DNA from: a virus
Strand: one strand, 5' to 3'
IMG/VR virus record: IMGVR_UViG_3300027708_000019
Length of the DNA stretch: 64,000 bases
In this document: piece after piece, positions 1-10,330 of the stretch
Layout: every line of letters begins with the position of its first letter
How positions within the stretch are numbered: the first letter of the stretch is position 1
Program-made: the position numbers and the translations under genes
The notes under the pieces: generated by a model
Told to the model about the DNA's origin: nothing
Database searches by the model: none
Seen by the model: only the letters and a program-made list of their open reading frames with translations

Positions 1-992
1 GCTTCGATATCAGATGCTTCTGCTAGAATAATGTTTTTATAATCTTCAGCAGTAACAGCACGATTTTGTGTAACGAAAAATTTTGATGCATTATTTCTTA
101 TCGATTCAATTGTTTCGCGATCGCGACCACCCAATGATTTCTGAGCCAATGTTAATGTAAAATTTGTAACAGTAAATGCCGAAATACCACCAAGCGTAAA
201 TGAAGTAGCGTTATTAGCAATTGTACCATTAGAGATTAGATATGTCATTCTAACAACATTACCATCGACCAATGCTTTACCAATAGCATCATCTCCGAAT
301 ACTAATTGATAGTAACCATCACGTGTTTCTTCTAAGAAATATACTGGATCTGTTCCAGTAACTGTTGTGTAATCTTTATTTCCAGCCAAGTTGAATGTTT
401 GAGTTGTTGCATCTGCTGAACTTGTTTGAACTTCTACCAACAATGTAGAAGTGTCAACATTAGAATTTGGAATTAAGAATTTTGTTTGTCCATTTTGAAC
501 TGTATATCTGTAAGTTAATGGCTTACCTTCAACGATTTCAACATTATTGTATGTAAATGTATTTGCGCTTACTGGAGTTGTTGTTATGTTTGAAAGATTA
601 TAGAAACTATAATCTGTTCCATCAATCGTTGTTGTAAATGTAGTATATCTTGGTAACATCAAAGATTGTGGTGAACCAGTTGTTGTAACTGTAAGATTAA
701 TCTTTGCTCTTGATGAAACAATAGAACGAGGTGTATAACCAAAATGTTTTGCTAATGATACAACTGAAGAACGCTTCGCTGCTGTGTCTAAGAACATTTC
801 ATTGGCAACAAAGTTTGCATAGATTGCGTTATAGTGTGTATTGTATGCCAACAGGTCAAGCAATACAGACATAGCTGAACCTTCAAAATCATAATCGGTA
901 AATTCGTCTTGCGATTTTAGAAATGTTTTTAAATTATCTTTGATGTTATCAAAGTCTAATTCGGTTACTCTTAGATTTGATGAGTTCGCCAT
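1..992 (-). CDS. gp6: Baseplate wedge protein gp6 (N-terminal part, runs off window)
   Basis: Manual translation from ATG at 992: MANSSNLRVTELDFDNIKDNLKTFLKSQDEFTDYDFEGSAMSVLLDLLAYNTHYNA..., the classic gp6 N-terminus; follows gp25. Confidence 0.95.
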   Translation of the reverse strand, partial: MANSSNLRVTELDFDNIKDNLKTFLKSQDEFTDYDFEGSAMSVLLDLLAYNTHYNAIYANFVANEMFLDTAAKRSSVVSLAKHFGYTPRSIVSSRAKINLTVTTTGSPQSLMLPRYTTFTTTIDGTDYSFYNLSNITTTPVSANTFTYNNVEIVEGKPLTYRYTVQNGQTKFLIPNSNVDTSTLLVEVQTSSADATTQTFNLAGNKDYTTVTGTDPVYFLEETRDGYYQLVFGDDAIGKALVDGNVVRMTYLISNGTIANNATSFTLGGISAFTVTNFTLTLAQKSLGGRDRETIESIRNNASKFFVTQNRAVTAEDYKNIILAEASDIE

Positions 993-993
993 G

Positions 994-1395
994 TTATCTT
1001 GTTCTCTCTACTGTTATTGTTAATTCTTCTGTTGTCTGTAGTCCAATAATCTCATAAGTGATAGATATATCACAAGCATTTTGCTCATCCTGCATAAATA
1101 TGTTTACATCAAGAACACGAATTCTTGGTTCAAAATTCTCTAGAGTATCAATAATTCCACGCTTTAATGTATGGACTGTTAATGGGGTTGCTAATTCAAA
1201 TAACAATCCTCTGACTGGTGAACCAATTTCACTGTGAAATGGTCTCTCATAATATTGTGTTAAGATTAAACTCTTTACAGATTGTTTAATTGCTTCTTCG
1301 TTGCGCTTCTTAACAACATCTTTAGTATTTGGATGTGCTGTGAAAAGGAGATCGATATCCTTAAATATTTGAGTTTGTCTTGTTATTGTAACCAT
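994..1395 (-). CDS. gp25: Baseplate wedge subunit gp25
   Basis: FKDIDLLF...AIKQSVKSLILT..YERPFHSEIGS..LLFE...FEPRI motifs. Confidence 0.95.
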   Translation of the reverse strand: MVTITRQTQIFKDIDLLFTAHPNTKDVVKKRNEEAIKQSVKSLILTQYYERPFHSEIGSPVRGLLFELATPLTVHTLKRGIIDTLENFEPRIRVLDVNIFMQDEQNACDISITYEIIGLQTTEELTITVERTR

Positions 1396-1412
1396 ATCTT
1401 TATTTATTCGTT

Positions 1413-1748
1413 TTATCCACCACCAGAACCAGTATCTGGTCTAGAATCTCCACCACCCAAATCGCCTTCTGGAATATCTGGATTGGCAGAAGCCTCAAGT
1501 TGTTGCAAAGCAACTACGACTGCCAGTTCGTTTAAATTCTCAAACAATTCACCAACAGTTGCTGGTCGTATACCAAACAGATTACTAATCTGGGAAACCT
1601 TTGTTCTTGCTAATGTCTCTAAATCTGCAACCTTCGTTAACTCTGAAGGATAATTTTTATAATTTGTGAAGATCCTCGAGTATAAGTCTTGAGTCGAATA
1701 CTTTTGTAAAAATTCAGTTTTTGCTTGGGTTAGCGCAAGAACTGACAT
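1413..1748 (-). CDS. Hypothetical protein in baseplate operon
   Basis: ORF between PAAR and gp25; start moved to MSVLALT just after the PAAR stop. Confidence 0.6.
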   Translation of the reverse strand: MSVLALTQAKTEFLQKYSTQDLYSRIFTNYKNYPSELTKVADLETLARTKVSQISNLFGIRPATVGELFENLNELAVVVALQQLEASANPDIPEGDLGGGDSRPDTGSGGG

Positions 1749-1750
1749 AG

Positions 1751-2059
1751 TTAAGGTCCAACAAAAATGTCTGTATCGTGTGGTTGACTTGTAATAGGAT
1801 CCCCACAACTAGCAAGACATCCATCATATGCTAATGGTATGTGATCTGGTCCAAGAAACACAGATGTACTTCCCTGAACAATTTTTGGTAGAAAATTATG
1901 TGGTGGGGGTCCATGCGCCTGGATAGTTGTACCAACAACACCTGGAACCAGTTTTGCTGGTGTTATTGCAACTCCAAGTTTAATATCGTTTCTTACATTA
2001 CCGCTACCAACATTACTAAGTTGACCGCATGCTATTTGCCCTGTAGGTGGTTGTGCCAT
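1751..2059 (-). CDS. PAAR-like spike tip protein (gp5.4-like)
   Basis: H...H..IVQGSTSVFLG...PLAYDG..ASCGDPI pattern; directly after gp5. Confidence 0.8.
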   Translation of the reverse strand: MAQPPTGQIACGQLSNVGSGNVRNDIKLGVAITPAKLVPGVVGTTIQAHGPPPHNFLPKIVQGSTSVFLGPDHIPLAYDGCLASCGDPITSQPHDTDIFVGP

Positions 2060-2069
2060 AATATATCCT

Positions 2070-4985
2070 TTATGCTAATAGTGTAAATGCACCCTTGGTA
2101 TGGGTATGATGATTGTTCATTGTGAAATTCATATTTCTTTGTGTTCCCATACCATTATATGATACGTGAATCCATACAATATTTGAGTCTTGATATTCTA
2201 AGATTAATTGATCATGCGGAACCTTTGCTGCAATTTCTTGAATCAAGTCATAATGTTTCTTACGATCTCTAGCCGACTTCTTCAGAACAATATCAGCAGC
2301 CATACCTTTTGGATGCTGAGAGGTTGCGCTTTCTGCGCCAACCAATCCCTTCTGACGATATCCTGAAGTAATAGTAATCTCAGATTTCGGAACAATCTTA
2401 ATAATGTTTTCAAGAACATTCTCAGCCAATGCTTTTAAGTTACACACAATCTGTGCTTTAGTCAAACCATCTTGGTCTTGTAACTTATGTGGTGATTTCG
2501 CTGAACAAATGTAACCAGTGCCACCACCAGGAATAAAGTCACCAAGATAGAAGTTTGCTGACAGTTTTGTAGTAACTGGGAACTCAGTCATATTCTTGAA
2601 TCCCTCGCAAGGAACAGCAACACCAGCTGGTGGTGGTTTGCTCGGAGTAGCAGTATCATTTGTAGTTGGTGCTTGATCAGTTGGTGGCATACGACCACTC
2701 TGTCTTTGCTTATCAATATACTTAGAAGGATCACCATCTTCTGGTGCTTCAAACATTTGAGAACCAGAAACATTTCTTGGAGGTAAACTCAAGTGAGCAA
2801 AGTATGGATTAACTGCAGTAATTCTATCGCCAGCATATTCTAAGTCAACTGCATCTTTCTGAGTTGCTGATTCTGCTTCGTTAGGATAGACTACGTTGAA
2901 CGATGGCGAAACACCCACGTTGTTTCCGTTCAAGTAAATCGCACCACCAGAACCAGCATCGATGTTTACGTTATTAGTTCTTGACTTAATGTCGAAACGA
3001 CCAATAGAACGCATCAACATACCTTGCGAAGCAACACCAAAATATTTTGTTTGAATGTTGATATCAGCTGGTGTTCTTAAATTAAAATCATACAGAGAGT
3101 AAAGATTTAAATAACTCTCAGACTTAATGTTTGTTGAGAAACCACTCTTCAGTAACAAGTTAGAAACAGCATCTACGTTGATGTTACCCAATGCTGTAAC
3201 ATATGTGCTAACACCAGAGAACAAATGTGTATCGTTTGTAGTTTTGAGATAAAAACTATCTGCCGTATTGACAGTCATGTTTCCTCTAGTCTTAATGCTT
3301 AGGTTTTCACATTCAATATTAAAATCCTCAGCAATAGACAGATCCATTTTACCAGCAACACGCATATCTACGTTGTTTCTGAAGTACGCTTTAGTATCTC
3401 CAATAATTTCAATGTTGGCTGCGCTTCGAACAAATATGTTTGCTACTCCATCAATCGTAATATCCTGAACACCTTTAACATATAGGTATCCATTTCTATC
3501 AACAATCTGATAATTGTCGCCAACAATTTTATTTACTTGTGTGCCATTAGCATCCCACTCAGTAAACGAACCACTCTTATGATAATGGTGAATACGTTCG
3601 TTTTCTGGAGTGTCATCAAACTCTTGTACATGTCCAGACTCTGATTGGTAAACGTGATTAAATGGATAACTGGCATTGAATGGCGATTCTGGTTGATCCC
3701 ACGTTGCTTGAGTTATTGATACTGGAACTTTGGTTGTTCTTGTTGCGTCTTTTTTACCAACGATAGTGTTATCAATTTGTTCATGTCGAGCAAGACGATT
3801 CGTATCTGGTTCATTTAAAAATTCTTTTAATGGATATTTTTTATTTGGGTCACCAAATCCATAAGAGACACCACTGTTATTTGTGCCATCACTTATAGTT
3901 CCATCTGGTCGTGTTTCACCAAGAGGTACTGTTTGTGCATCAACACCAGCTGGTACGTTCTGTGGTAATGTTTTTGGCTGGTCGCCTTCTATTGAAGAGT
4001 AGCCAGATTTATATAAATCTGTTGTTGTGTTTCCGTAACCATCATCAATATCTTGTCCAGATTTTAATGCTTGTGCTCTGCTGGTTCCATCTGGATGTGA
4101 TGCTTGTAGATAACCAGCAATTTCTTTTTTATCTGATGTACTACTAATAATACCAAGACGAGTAAGTTCAGCATAATTATATGCAGTCCACTCATCCATA
4201 ACCTGTTCTTGAAGATCGGCAGTTGAGAGGAATACGGCAACAGAAGTTGCGCCACCTTTACCAGTCCAAACTGTGTCATCAGCTAATTTAAAGTTAGATG
4301 GTGGTACTGTTTCGCCATTAGCATTTAATACACGTTTAACATAACCAAGTAAGTTCAAAGACTTTGCGTCCATTTGATACTTACCAATTCTGCCTTGTGG
4401 ATTTACTACACCATAATTCTGCTGTCCGACATTACCTGTAATAGTAAAATCTCGTTCGCCTCCAGGTGTTGATGTTGTTTCTAACAAAGCAACATTGTCT
4501 TTGTATTTTCCAACATCTAAATCTGTTAATGGACCAATTGCTTCATCGCGACCAGCAACTGGTTCGGTAGGTTCTGGATCAGTACTTGCTGATCCACCCT
4601 GATTAGTTGGTTGATTGGTTGCGTCTTCAGCACCACCACCATCTGTTTTAATTAAATAATCATCACCATCGTTTACATAATTAGAATCAATACCTTTGTC
4701 TTGAGGAACACCACCAATCGTTCCCATCATAACAGGTTGTTGACACTCTTGATCTCTAAAGAAAATTACAACCCATGTCCCCTCAACTGGTCCAAGTGGT
4801 GTATGACCAATACCATTCATCGCTGCCGATGTAACAGGTTGCATTGGATATGCCCATGGTAATAACTCCATAGGTAATTCGTTTTTGTTTTCGGTGTGTA
4901 AACCAACAACTCGAACTTGACAACGTCCAAGTTGTAATGGGTCTAATCTATTTTCGACAACACCTGTGTAAAACACACCATTCAT
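2070..4985 (-). CDS. gp5: Baseplate hub/central spike gp5 with lysozyme-like and C-terminal peptidase M15 domains
   Basis: OB-fold start GVVENRLDPLQLGRCQVRVVGLH; YPFNHVYQSESGHVQEFDDTP; C-terminal ITSGYR...SQH..GMAAD...WIHVS. Confidence 0.95.
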   Translation of the reverse strand: MNGVFYTGVVENRLDPLQLGRCQVRVVGLHTENKNELPMELLPWAYPMQPVTSAAMNGIGHTPLGPVEGTWVVIFFRDQECQQPVMMGTIGGVPQDKGIDSNYVNDGDDYLIKTDGGGAEDATNQPTNQGGSASTDPEPTEPVAGRDEAIGPLTDLDVGKYKDNVALLETTSTPGGERDFTITGNVGQQNYGVVNPQGRIGKYQMDAKSLNLLGYVKRVLNANGETVPPSNFKLADDTVWTGKGGATSVAVFLSTADLQEQVMDEWTAYNYAELTRLGIISSTSDKKEIAGYLQASHPDGTSRAQALKSGQDIDDGYGNTTTDLYKSGYSSIEGDQPKTLPQNVPAGVDAQTVPLGETRPDGTISDGTNNSGVSYGFGDPNKKYPLKEFLNEPDTNRLARHEQIDNTIVGKKDATRTTKVPVSITQATWDQPESPFNASYPFNHVYQSESGHVQEFDDTPENERIHHYHKSGSFTEWDANGTQVNKIVGDNYQIVDRNGYLYVKGVQDITIDGVANIFVRSAANIEIIGDTKAYFRNNVDMRVAGKMDLSIAEDFNIECENLSIKTRGNMTVNTADSFYLKTTNDTHLFSGVSTYVTALGNINVDAVSNLLLKSGFSTNIKSESYLNLYSLYDFNLRTPADINIQTKYFGVASQGMLMRSIGRFDIKSRTNNVNIDAGSGGAIYLNGNNVGVSPSFNVVYPNEAESATQKDAVDLEYAGDRITAVNPYFAHLSLPPRNVSGSQMFEAPEDGDPSKYIDKQRQSGRMPPTDQAPTTNDTATPSKPPPAGVAVPCEGFKNMTEFPVTTKLSANFYLGDFIPGGGTGYICSAKSPHKLQDQDGLTKAQIVCNLKALAENVLENIIKIVPKSEITITSGYRQKGLVGAESATSQHPKGMAADIVLKKSARDRKKHYDLIQEIAAKVPHDQLILEYQDSNIVWIHVSYNGMGTQRNMNFTMNNHHTHTKGAFTLLA

Positions 4986-6283
4986 TAAGTAGTTCCTTCT
5001 TTAGACAAATCAATGATCAACGAATCTTTGATTAGCGACATATGTATTAAATGCTTTTCTCTATTTAGATTATGACACAGAGCAGCAATTAGGTAACGAC
5101 CTGAGAAAGTTTTATCAATAATATCTTCTTCTTGATCTTTTTGACTTATTGGGGAATTTCTGTAAATGAAAACATCAATTACATCACCAACACATAAGTC
5201 AGATCTACCAGGAACTGTTACTTCCATTGAATATGCATTAACTTCAGCCATCTCCATAATTCCTTTGAGATGCCAGTTCTTCATTTTGTCTGTTTTAAAA
5301 TTAGTATATGTTTCTAATGCTCTTGGTTGAACATCTAAGAATGCTAATGTCTTAGATGGTAAATTACCAGTAGACATTGGATATGGATTTAAGTGATTAT
5401 GTTTCTCAAAATTATCTGCGTAAGAAAGTGTTTGAACATTGTACGTTTTAGTAACAAGTTCATGTGTAATCAATCTAGACTTATACATACCAGATTGAAT
5501 TCTATTCATATAGTCATATGCTGTTCTGATTTCATATTTTGTAATACGCTGTAAATCTGCAGCAGTATTACGAGATGCGCTACCACCATCGCCTGATGGT
5601 TTTCTTGAAGTGTTATCGTAGATATATCTTGCTTTAGAATCTTGTTGTAATAATTTATCAATAGATACAAAATTAAATGCTCTGTTATTTTCAAAGAATA
5701 CAAAATTTGCTGAATCAGTTTCTTTCGAAATAGATCTTTTTGCCAAATAATTTATGTTTGTGAATGGTGTCCAATAGTTTGAAACATATATAATTGTGTT
5801 TGCTGTTTCTTCAATGTTCAAAGGTTTTTCTGTTTGTAAATCTGATCTAAGAAACTTTGGAACAATATCACTAATTGTTCCAGCAAATCCTTTACTAACT
5901 TTTGCATTTAAATCTCTAACAGTTTCAAAAGAAGCAAAATGCAATGTATACTGAACAGCTCTTTCAGCAGTATATGTTCTGTCTGTCATTTTGTAAACAT
6001 AAAATGCTTGTGACCACAAACCATCATCGTCGTTCATTGATGGAGTTTTAAATGTAATCAATAATTTTTCTTCGCCAATCATTGGCATTAAATTTACCAA
6101 ATCTTGAGCATCATTTAATACAATGTTTCCTGAAATTGTAGGGGAATGCATATCTTCGTAAACATTAATGTCAATAACAAAGTTAAATACGTCAAATATA
6201 ATTCCTCTAGCAGATCCAATTTTTGCATCAATTAACTGATAATCACCTGCGAATTTTAAATTCTCTTGGACTTCTATTGTCAC
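4985..6283 (-). CDS. Baseplate hub protein (gp27-like)
   Basis: Position between gp53 and gp5; VTVPGRSDLCVGDVI...FSGRYLIAALCH C-terminus. Confidence 0.75.
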   Translation of the reverse strand: MTIEVQENLKFAGDYQLIDAKIGSARGIIFDVFNFVIDINVYEDMHSPTISGNIVLNDAQDLVNLMPMIGEEKLLITFKTPSMNDDDGLWSQAFYVYKMTDRTYTAERAVQYTLHFASFETVRDLNAKVSKGFAGTISDIVPKFLRSDLQTEKPLNIEETANTIIYVSNYWTPFTNINYLAKRSISKETDSANFVFFENNRAFNFVSIDKLLQQDSKARYIYDNTSRKPSGDGGSASRNTAADLQRITKYEIRTAYDYMNRIQSGMYKSRLITHELVTKTYNVQTLSYADNFEKHNHLNPYPMSTGNLPSKTLAFLDVQPRALETYTNFKTDKMKNWHLKGIMEMAEVNAYSMEVTVPGRSDLCVGDVIDVFIYRNSPISQKDQEEDIIDKTFSGRYLIAALCHNLNREKHLIHMSLIKDSLIIDLSKEGTT

Positions 6284-6798
6284 TTCAGTACCTCTCTGAA
6301 TTGTCTAATAACATCACCAAGAACATTAGGTGGAATAATTTTCATTCTTCGTTTGGCTTCATTTAATTGTAATTCGTAATCATAATTTGTTATTGGTGTT
6401 GCATCAGCTACACCATTTGGATTTACATAATCTGACATTACCCAATAGCCATCAGAAGATTCATAATGGTTGATGTCATATTGAGCATCCCCATATTTGT
6501 CATAGATATACGCTTCAAGATTAATTTGCGTTAATGGAAAATCATCGACGTAACTATACTTCTCGTTAATTAACATCAAGACCCAATGATATTGTGATGT
6601 GCCATAAAACAATTCAGAAATAATTTCTGGTGTTTCACCATCTTTAATGTCATACTCTTCGTAATATACAAGATTCTTCAATAAATCTGCTTTTATTCTT
6701 ACGTTTGTAATAATATCGCTGATGAGATATTTTTTTGAATCTTGTCCAAATTCTGAGAAATCTACAATGGTTGTTGGTATGTATTGAAAATATGCCAT
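6280..6798 (-). CDS. gp53: Baseplate wedge subunit gp53
   Basis: YDIKDGETPEIISELFYG...YHWVLMLIN; NEAKRRMKII. Confidence 0.92.
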   Translation of the reverse strand: MAYFQYIPTTIVDFSEFGQDSKKYLISDIITNVRIKADLLKNLVYYEEYDIKDGETPEIISELFYGTSQYHWVLMLINEKYSYVDDFPLTQINLEAYIYDKYGDAQYDINHYESSDGYWVMSDYVNPNGVADATPITNYDYELQLNEAKRRMKIIPPNVLGDVIRQFREVLK

Positions 6799-6800
6799 GA

Positions 6801-8081
6801 TTAGAACGCTGCCAAGTTAGGATCTTCAAAATTCTGTGATGAGAATTTTGGTTGGCCATCTGGTGACTCGCCAAGGAAACGCTCTTTAGATAATGTTTCT
6901 AGTTCTAGGAATGACATTTGCACATTTATCTGAGCAGGCATACCATCATCGAACGTAGCCATCTGACCATTTGGTGAATAGTTTACTTGTAAATCTGTAA
7001 GAACACAAGTTGAAATTTTATTCAAGTGCGGATGTTCTTTATCACCGAAGTAATAAACAATATCAAACTCAGAAGGGAACAAATACAACATCTTGTTTAC
7101 GTTGTTTTGATATTCTGGATGCATGTAGAATTTAAAAGTATTGATAATACGCTGGATATTTTCAGCTTCTTTTCTAGTTCTTGGAGCAAACTGATAATTG
7201 AATGAGAATCGACGAAATTCCATCGATTTAAATAATTGTTCTTTTCTTGGGTTTGGTGCTGCTTTATATAATGCTGAAAGAGCAGCACGAGCAGGATTCA
7301 TTTCCATACCCTTAACAACAGCACTCTGTAATCCCATACTAGCAGTTCCAGCATTTGGGTTTGTTGCTGCTTCTGCGCCAGCACCAAAAATAGCACCGAG
7401 TTCTTCCTCACCATAAGTCGCACGATAACCAACTGAAACTTCATTCGGAACATGTAAAGCAATAGCAGTTTTCAAACGCTTTGTGCTTTGTGTTGTTTTT
7501 AATCCAGGAAATGCTGTTTCCATCAACAATCCTTGAGCCTCAACAGCACCACCAGTTACAGCAGCACCTTTAACAGCACCAGCAGCAGCGGTTCCTAATG
7601 TTCCCTTAACAAATGATACTACAGATTCTTTTTTAGTTGGAACAGTACCATCAGGTCTTTTTGCGCCAAAATTACCAGCTTCTTTTCCAGCACCATCTGC
7701 CAATCCAACAACAACACCAACAGCTGCACCACCAGTAGCTGATACTGCTGCTGCTTTACCTAGTGATGCTTGTTTACCTTGGACTGTATTTTGATCAGAT
7801 TTATCTACATCACCAACGATTTGTATTTTACCATCAGTAAATACACGTGACTGAGAAGATACGTTGATATAAAACACAACATAGTTTTTGTAGATTTGAT
7901 TAAAGTAACTGTTGCCACTTCCACCTGTTGTGGTGCTGCCTTCTCCACTAAACAAATCTATTGGATACTGTAGATTATCAATAGCGTATTTTTGTCTGTT
8001 AAGAGAAGTTTCTCTTTTAACTTTCTGTGGCGTACTTTGTTTTGCTTTATTAGTATTTGCGCCTTGGGTGTTTGATGCCAT
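6801..8081 (-). CDS. gp48: Baseplate tail tube cap gp48
   Basis: NPRKEQLFKSMEFRRFSFNYQFAPR...CVLTDLQVNYSPNG..F.DGMP..MSFLELE. Confidence 0.9.
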   Translation of the reverse strand: MASNTQGANTNKAKQSTPQKVKRETSLNRQKYAIDNLQYPIDLFSGEGSTTTGGSGNSYFNQIYKNYVVFYINVSSQSRVFTDGKIQIVGDVDKSDQNTVQGKQASLGKAAAVSATGGAAVGVVVGLADGAGKEAGNFGAKRPDGTVPTKKESVVSFVKGTLGTAAAGAVKGAAVTGGAVEAQGLLMETAFPGLKTTQSTKRLKTAIALHVPNEVSVGYRATYGEEELGAIFGAGAEAATNPNAGTASMGLQSAVVKGMEMNPARAALSALYKAAPNPRKEQLFKSMEFRRFSFNYQFAPRTRKEAENIQRIINTFKFYMHPEYQNNVNKMLYLFPSEFDIVYYFGDKEHPHLNKISTCVLTDLQVNYSPNGQMATFDDGMPAQINVQMSFLELETLSKERFLGESPDGQPKFSSQNFEDPNLAAF

Positions 8082-8124
8082 ATCTGTCCTAAATAGAGAA
8101 TGGTTATTTTAGTATTATTTATTC

Positions 8125-8583
8125 ATGTTCTACAAAGGCAAGTTCAAACCAAAAAACCCACAAAAGTATGATGGAGACCCAACCAACATTATCTATCGCA
8201 GTAGTTGGGAACTTCGTTTTATGGTGTGGGCAGACGAAAAACCGAACGTACTAAAATGGCGTTCGGAGGAAACCATCATTCCTTATTTATCCCCAATTGA
8301 TAACAAGTTTCATCGTTATTTTGTAGATTTTCAAATACAGATAAGAAATAAAGATGGGATGTTAAGAACATATCTTATTGAGATTAAACCAGAGGCACAA
8401 ACAAAACCACCTGTGCCACAAAAGAAAGTAACAAAAAAATACCTTGAGGAAGTTATGACTTGGGGTAAGAATGACGCAAAATGGAAGGCAGCTGACAGCT
8501 ACGCTAAAGATCGTGGCTGGCAATTTTTGATTTTAAATGAAAAGCATTTGGGTATAAAGCCCAACTGGTATAGGAATAAATAG
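8125..8583 (+). CDS. gp4: Head completion nuclease gp4
   Basis: YKGKFKPKNPQKY.GDPTNIIYRSSWE...HRYFVDF...EIKP. Confidence 0.95.
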   Translation: MFYKGKFKPKNPQKYDGDPTNIIYRSSWELRFMVWADEKPNVLKWRSEETIIPYLSPIDNKFHRYFVDFQIQIRNKDGMLRTYLIEIKPEAQTKPPVPQKKVTKKYLEEVMTWGKNDAKWKAADSYAKDRGWQFLILNEKHLGIKPNWYRNK

Positions 8584-8588
8584 ATAAT

Positions 8589-9185
8589 ATGGCTAAAGAT
8601 AACAAAATAATTGCTGCTAAATCGCTGGAATCTATCTTTAATGATAGATCGTATGACATTTCAGCTGCTAAAAAATCACAGTCTTGGTTCTCCAATCAAG
8701 TAAGAGGATTGAGTGCAGTAACACCAAACAAACTTCTAAACCAAGCGAACTTTGTAAGCACATTAACTCCTGGTGATATGTATTTGTTTTACTATGATCC
8801 AAAGCATAAAGATACATTACCATACTTTGATAGATTTCCTTTGGTTTTACCATTCCGTAAAGTCAAGGGTGGGTTTTATGGATTAAATTTCCACTATCTT
8901 CCTCCGCTTTTACGTGTTAAACTATTAGATAGACTGCTAATGTTTTCAAACACTAAAGGTATTACAGAAGATACAAGATTAAGATTTAAATATCAGATGC
9001 TCGCAGGCAGTGCCAAGTTTGGTTGGGCACAACCATGCGTTAAGATGTATTTAAATGCACATGTAAGAAGTAGATTTGCTAGAATTGAACCAGAACATTG
9101 GGTAACTGCTATGATGTTACCAGTTGAACGCTTTGCTAAACAAACAAAAGAAACAGTCTGGAGAGAGTCAAGAAAGGCATTCTAA
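8589..9185 (+). CDS. gp2: DNA end protector gp2
   Basis: YDPKHKDTLPYFDRFPLV...GFYGLNFHYLPP. Confidence 0.95.
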   Translation: MAKDNKIIAAKSLESIFNDRSYDISAAKKSQSWFSNQVRGLSAVTPNKLLNQANFVSTLTPGDMYLFYYDPKHKDTLPYFDRFPLVLPFRKVKGGFYGLNFHYLPPLLRVKLLDRLLMFSNTKGITEDTRLRFKYQMLAGSAKFGWAQPCVKMYLNAHVRSRFARIEPEHWVTAMMLPVERFAKQTKETVWRESRKAF

Positions 9186-9189
9186 TTAA

Positions 9190-9855
9190 ATGGCAGAAAT
9201 AAACGAATTTATTGCACTTGTAAAAAATGAAGGATTGGCAAGAACCAATCGCTTTGTGGTTTACATCACACCACCAGCAAGATTGTTGGGGGTAGCAAAC
9301 AATACGAAATTAAGATTTCTTTGTGAATCAGCTTCAATTCCTGGCATGAATTTTTTATCTAATCCAGTAATGACATATGGTGAACAAAGGGAAGTAATTT
9401 ATAATCGTTCTTTTGAACCTGTTAATCTTGAGTTTATGTTAGACCAAGATATGGAAATTAAAAGATTCTTTGATTCTTGGCAAAATTTAATCATTAACCC
9501 AAGAACAAGAATGCTGACATATTATGAAAACTATATTGGAACTGTAGAGATCTATCAATTAGATAATTCTGGAAAAGAATCATCTAGATATATTGTTAGA
9601 TTAAACGAAGCATTTCCAAAATCAGTTGCGCCAATATCATACAGTTATGGTAATAAAGACATAACAAAATTATCTGTTGCCATGGAATACAAGTTCTGGG
9701 TACCATTAACAACAGCAAATAAAGGTGGCACTACTGGACAACTACAAGTTTCTCCGCAACCAAAGTTTGGAAAAATGGGCTTGGATACTGGTGGATTATC
9801 TGGACAAAATAGTTCAGATATACCATCAGGTGGCAATAATGATACTCCTGTATAA
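9190..9855 (+). CDS. gp54: Tail tube initiator gp54 / gp19-like
   Basis: GLARTNRF...CESASIPG...FFDSWQ...EAFPKSV tube-fold motifs. Confidence 0.8.
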   Translation: MAEINEFIALVKNEGLARTNRFVVYITPPARLLGVANNTKLRFLCESASIPGMNFLSNPVMTYGEQREVIYNRSFEPVNLEFMLDQDMEIKRFFDSWQNLIINPRTRMLTYYENYIGTVEIYQLDNSGKESSRYIVRLNEAFPKSVAPISYSYGNKDITKLSVAMEYKFWVPLTTANKGGTTGQLQVSPQPKFGKMGLDTGGLSGQNSSDIPSGGNNDTPV

Positions 9856-9877
9856 AAATAAGAATAAAGGAATCAAA

Positions 9878-10330
9878 ATGGCAGAAGAAATTAAAAAAGA
9901 CGAAGATTGGATGCAGAAAAAATGGAGACCAGCCATGGGCTGGATGTACATGATTATTTGTACACTAGATATGGGTGTGTTTCCAGTAATGTGGAGTTTG
10001 TTACAAGTGTTTACGCATCAAACAATTACACAATGGAACCCACTAACACTACAAGGTGCTGGTTTGTTCCACTTAGCAATGGGTGCTGTTCTTGGTATCG
10101 CAGCTTGGGGTCGTACTCAAGAAAAACTCGGAGGCGCAGCAAACAATACAACTACTACCACACCAACAGCAAGCACCTTCGGCTCAGCTATGCCAGCAAC
10201 ACCTAGCATTTCTGCGCCAGTATCAACACCAAGCGCAAATCCATTTGGGGCAACAGACAATAGTAACCCATTTGGATCAACACCTCCAGCACCACCAGCT
10301 GGGATATCTAAAGGAAAAATAATTGATTGA
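9878..10330 (+). CDS. Holin-like membrane protein (3TM holin type) with low-complexity tail
   Basis: WRPAMGWMY...FHLAMGAVLGIAAWGRTQEK; RBS AAGGA before ATG 9878. Confidence 0.6.
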   Translation: MAEEIKKDEDWMQKKWRPAMGWMYMIICTLDMGVFPVMWSLLQVFTHQTITQWNPLTLQGAGLFHLAMGAVLGIAAWGRTQEKLGGAANNTTTTTPTASTFGSAMPATPSISAPVSTPSANPFGATDNSNPFGSTPPAPPAGISKGKIID

